Source: Candidatus Saccharimonadota bacterium
Lineage (GTDB): Bacteria; Pseudomonadota; Gammaproteobacteria; Enterobacterales; Enterobacteriaceae
DNA: 32,000 bases
NCBI GenBank assembly: GCA_041941765.1
Contig: CP145869.1
Coordinates: 1 to 32,000 of the forward strand
Reading direction: 5' to 3'
The position numbers and the translations under genes were made by a program. The notes below the pieces were generated by a model. It did no database searches and was not told where the DNA came from. It saw nothing but the letters and a program-made list of their open reading frames with translations. Positions 30,459 to 32,000 of the stretch are shown piece by piece. Positions within the stretch are counted from its first letter, which is position 1, and every line of letters begins with the position of its first letter.

Positions 30459-30614
30459 AATTATTATTTATGGAAAATGTCTAATAATGATAGATTGTTT
30501 TGAACGGAGAATTTAAAATATCTAAAGAATAGATTTATATATTATTATATGCAAATAATAATTCATTCATATATATCTATTAACAAAAAACCATTATTAT
30601 ATAAAATAAAAAAC

Positions 30615-31625
30615 ATGAATATTTCTCTAAAAATTAGTAGATATCTATTCTATATACTACTTATATTTTTTAATAGTACAGTCAGTAAAGCTTCTACTGT
30701 TCCTGTTATTATTGATACAATAGCTTTAAGAATTAATAATAATATTTTATTAACAAGTGAGATTGATTTTATTAAAAGGGAAAATTTCAATCCTTTTTTA
30801 GATAAGTTTATACCTAATGATAAACTAATTAAACAAATAATTTTAAAAAATATTTTATTTAAAATAGGAAAAAAACAAAAGATTTCTGTAACTAAACGTC
30901 AAATTTATCACCGTATGATACTTCACCTAAAAAATATGGCAGATAGAAAACATCTAACACTTTATCAATTCTATCATGATGTTTTTGCTCAATGTAAATG
31001 GAAATATCATTTATTATATCAACAAATTCTTCAAAATCTCATGATTCAATCAGTTATTAAAAATCATCTTAAAAATGATATATTTATAACACCAAATGAA
31101 ATAACACAACAGATTAAAAATCAAACTAATAATTCCTATTATTATTATAAGTATCCGCCAAAAATCTTTATTACTGAAATGCATGTAAGAGATATATTAC
31201 TAGCACCAACAAAAAATAATAAAAAAAAAATGTTAAATAATTTTTTTTTAGAAGAGATGAACCATCGAAAAAAAAATTTTTATATAGCAGCTACTCAGCA
31301 ATCTTCTTATCAAGACTTCATTTCCGTTTGGAAAAGAGATTTAGGTTGGATAACTCCAGATATGTTAGGTGAACCATTAGGTTTTGTATTATTAAATTTA
31401 AATAAAAATGAGATTAGTCCTCCAGTTTTTTATAACAATCATTGGCACTTAATTCAATTACAAAAAACACGTAAAACTAATTACACTAATATTCTTTTGA
31501 AAGAACGAGCATTAATCCTTCTATATCAAATCAAATGGAATTTAGCAATCCAACCATGGATAAGAAACAAAGTGGAACAAGCTTTTATTAAAATACTAGA
31601 TCCAAAATTTAATGGATTTTATTAA
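30615..31625 (+). CDS. surA: periplasmic chaperone SurA, shortened form with a single parvulin domain
   Basis: From the ATG at 30615 the protein starts MNISLKISRYLFYILLIFFNSTVSKAS, which looks like a signal peptide. The SurA N-domain follows (IDTIALRINNNILLTSEID). There is then one PPIase domain that matches E. coli P2 (TEMHVRDILL...DLGWITPDML...HWHLIQL), and the C-terminal tail (AFIKIL). The track ORF starts earlier, at 30549. Confidence 0.85.
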   Translation: MNISLKISRYLFYILLIFFNSTVSKASTVPVIIDTIALRINNNILLTSEIDFIKRENFNPFLDKFIPNDKLIKQIILKNILFKIGKKQKISVTKRQIYHRMILHLKNMADRKHLTLYQFYHDVFAQCKWKYHLLYQQILQNLMIQSVIKNHLKNDIFITPNEITQQIKNQTNNSYYYYKYPPKIFITEMHVRDILLAPTKNNKKKMLNNFFLEEMNHRKKNFYIAATQQSSYQDFISVWKRDLGWITPDMLGEPLGFVLLNLNKNEISPPVFYNNHWHLIQLQKTRKTNYTNILLKERALILLYQIKWNLAIQPWIRNKVEQAFIKILDPKFNGFY

Positions 31626-31677
31626 GATTGTATTAACACTTTTGTCTATTTAAACTAGTGGAGAGAATATATTAATT

Positions 31678-32000
31678 ATGGTTAATGACAGGTTTTTTGT
31701 TCAGAAAAAATTGGGTCAACATTTTCTTCATGATAATTCAGTTATTAATAAAATTATTGAAATAATTTCTCCTAAACCTCAGAATACACTAGTTGAAATT
31801 GGTTCTGGTTTAGGTGCTTTGACTAAACCTATTAGTGAATATGTTACCAATCTAACAGCAATTGAAATTGATGTAAAATTAATTAAATTACTTAAGACTA
31901 ATGAGTCTCTAATGAAAAAATTAAAAATCTATCCGCAAAATGTTTTAACTTTTAATTTTACTGAATTTTCACAGAAAAAAGGAAAAATATTACGTATATT
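31678..32000 (+). CDS. rsmA: 16S rRNA (adenine1518/1519-N6)-dimethyltransferase, 5' part (runs off the window)
   Basis: It is absent from the ORF track because no stop lies within the window. My translation is MVNDRFFVQKKLGQHFLHDNSVINKIIEIISPKPQNTLVEIGSGLGALT... It matches the KsgA N-terminus and its SAM-binding motif (EIGPGLGALT in E. coli). GGAGAG lies upstream of the ATG. Confidence 0.9.
   Translation, partial: MVNDRFFVQKKLGQHFLHDNSVINKIIEIISPKPQNTLVEIGSGLGALTKPISEYVTNLTAIEIDVKLIKLLKTNESLMKKLKIYPQNVLTFNFTEFSQKKGKILRI

Noticed and set aside
1-32000. I looked for CRISPR arrays, transposases or IS ends, integrases, toxin-antitoxin pairs, restriction-modification genes and other defence-system genes.
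   Set aside because: None was found. Every sizeable ORF is accounted for by a housekeeping ortholog or by the two domain-annotated accessory genes. There are no direct repeat arrays.

Overview
The window is very AT-rich (about three quarters A+T by eye, not computed) and gene-dense. It has no transposases, phage genes, CRISPR arrays or long repeats. Nearly every ORF is a recognisable housekeeping ortholog of E. coli. The genes sit in blocks that keep E. coli K-12 local order and orientation: gmk-rpoZ / pyrE / dut / rpmBG-mutM; tpiA-fpr-glpK-hslUV; deoBD-radA; trpT-trxA-rho-argX/hisR/leuT/proM-corA; aroE-tsaC / def-fmt; dcw cluster-secA; surA-rsmA. Most of the genes that separate these blocks in E. 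coli are missing. This pattern fits a reduced-genome, Enterobacterales-related obligate (probably insect) endosymbiont. I count 32 apparently intact CDS (one runs off the 3' edge), 5 tRNAs, one clear intrinsic terminator and two composite pseudogenes.

The most interesting region is the collapsed cell-wall/division (dcw) cluster at about 26.3-29.5 kb.
- murE, murF, murD and ddlB survive only as stop-riddled deletion fusions (murE'-'murF and murD'-'ddlB).
- ftsL/ftsI, ftsW, murG, murC, ftsQ, ftsA, ftsZ, lpxC and secM are absent from their expected positions.
- mraY, which sits between the wrecks, and rsmH both look fully intact.

Two other items are worth follow-up.
- A 157-aa DUF721/DciA-like ORF lies divergent from secA.
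- An intact OmpA_C-domain / YsnF-DUF2382 stress-protein pair lies between tRNA-Pro and corA, outside the E. coli gene order. It ends in the only GC-rich terminator in the window.

I found no convincing evidence for a novel multi-gene system such as a defence system. The remaining findings are genome-erosion footprints of modest interest.
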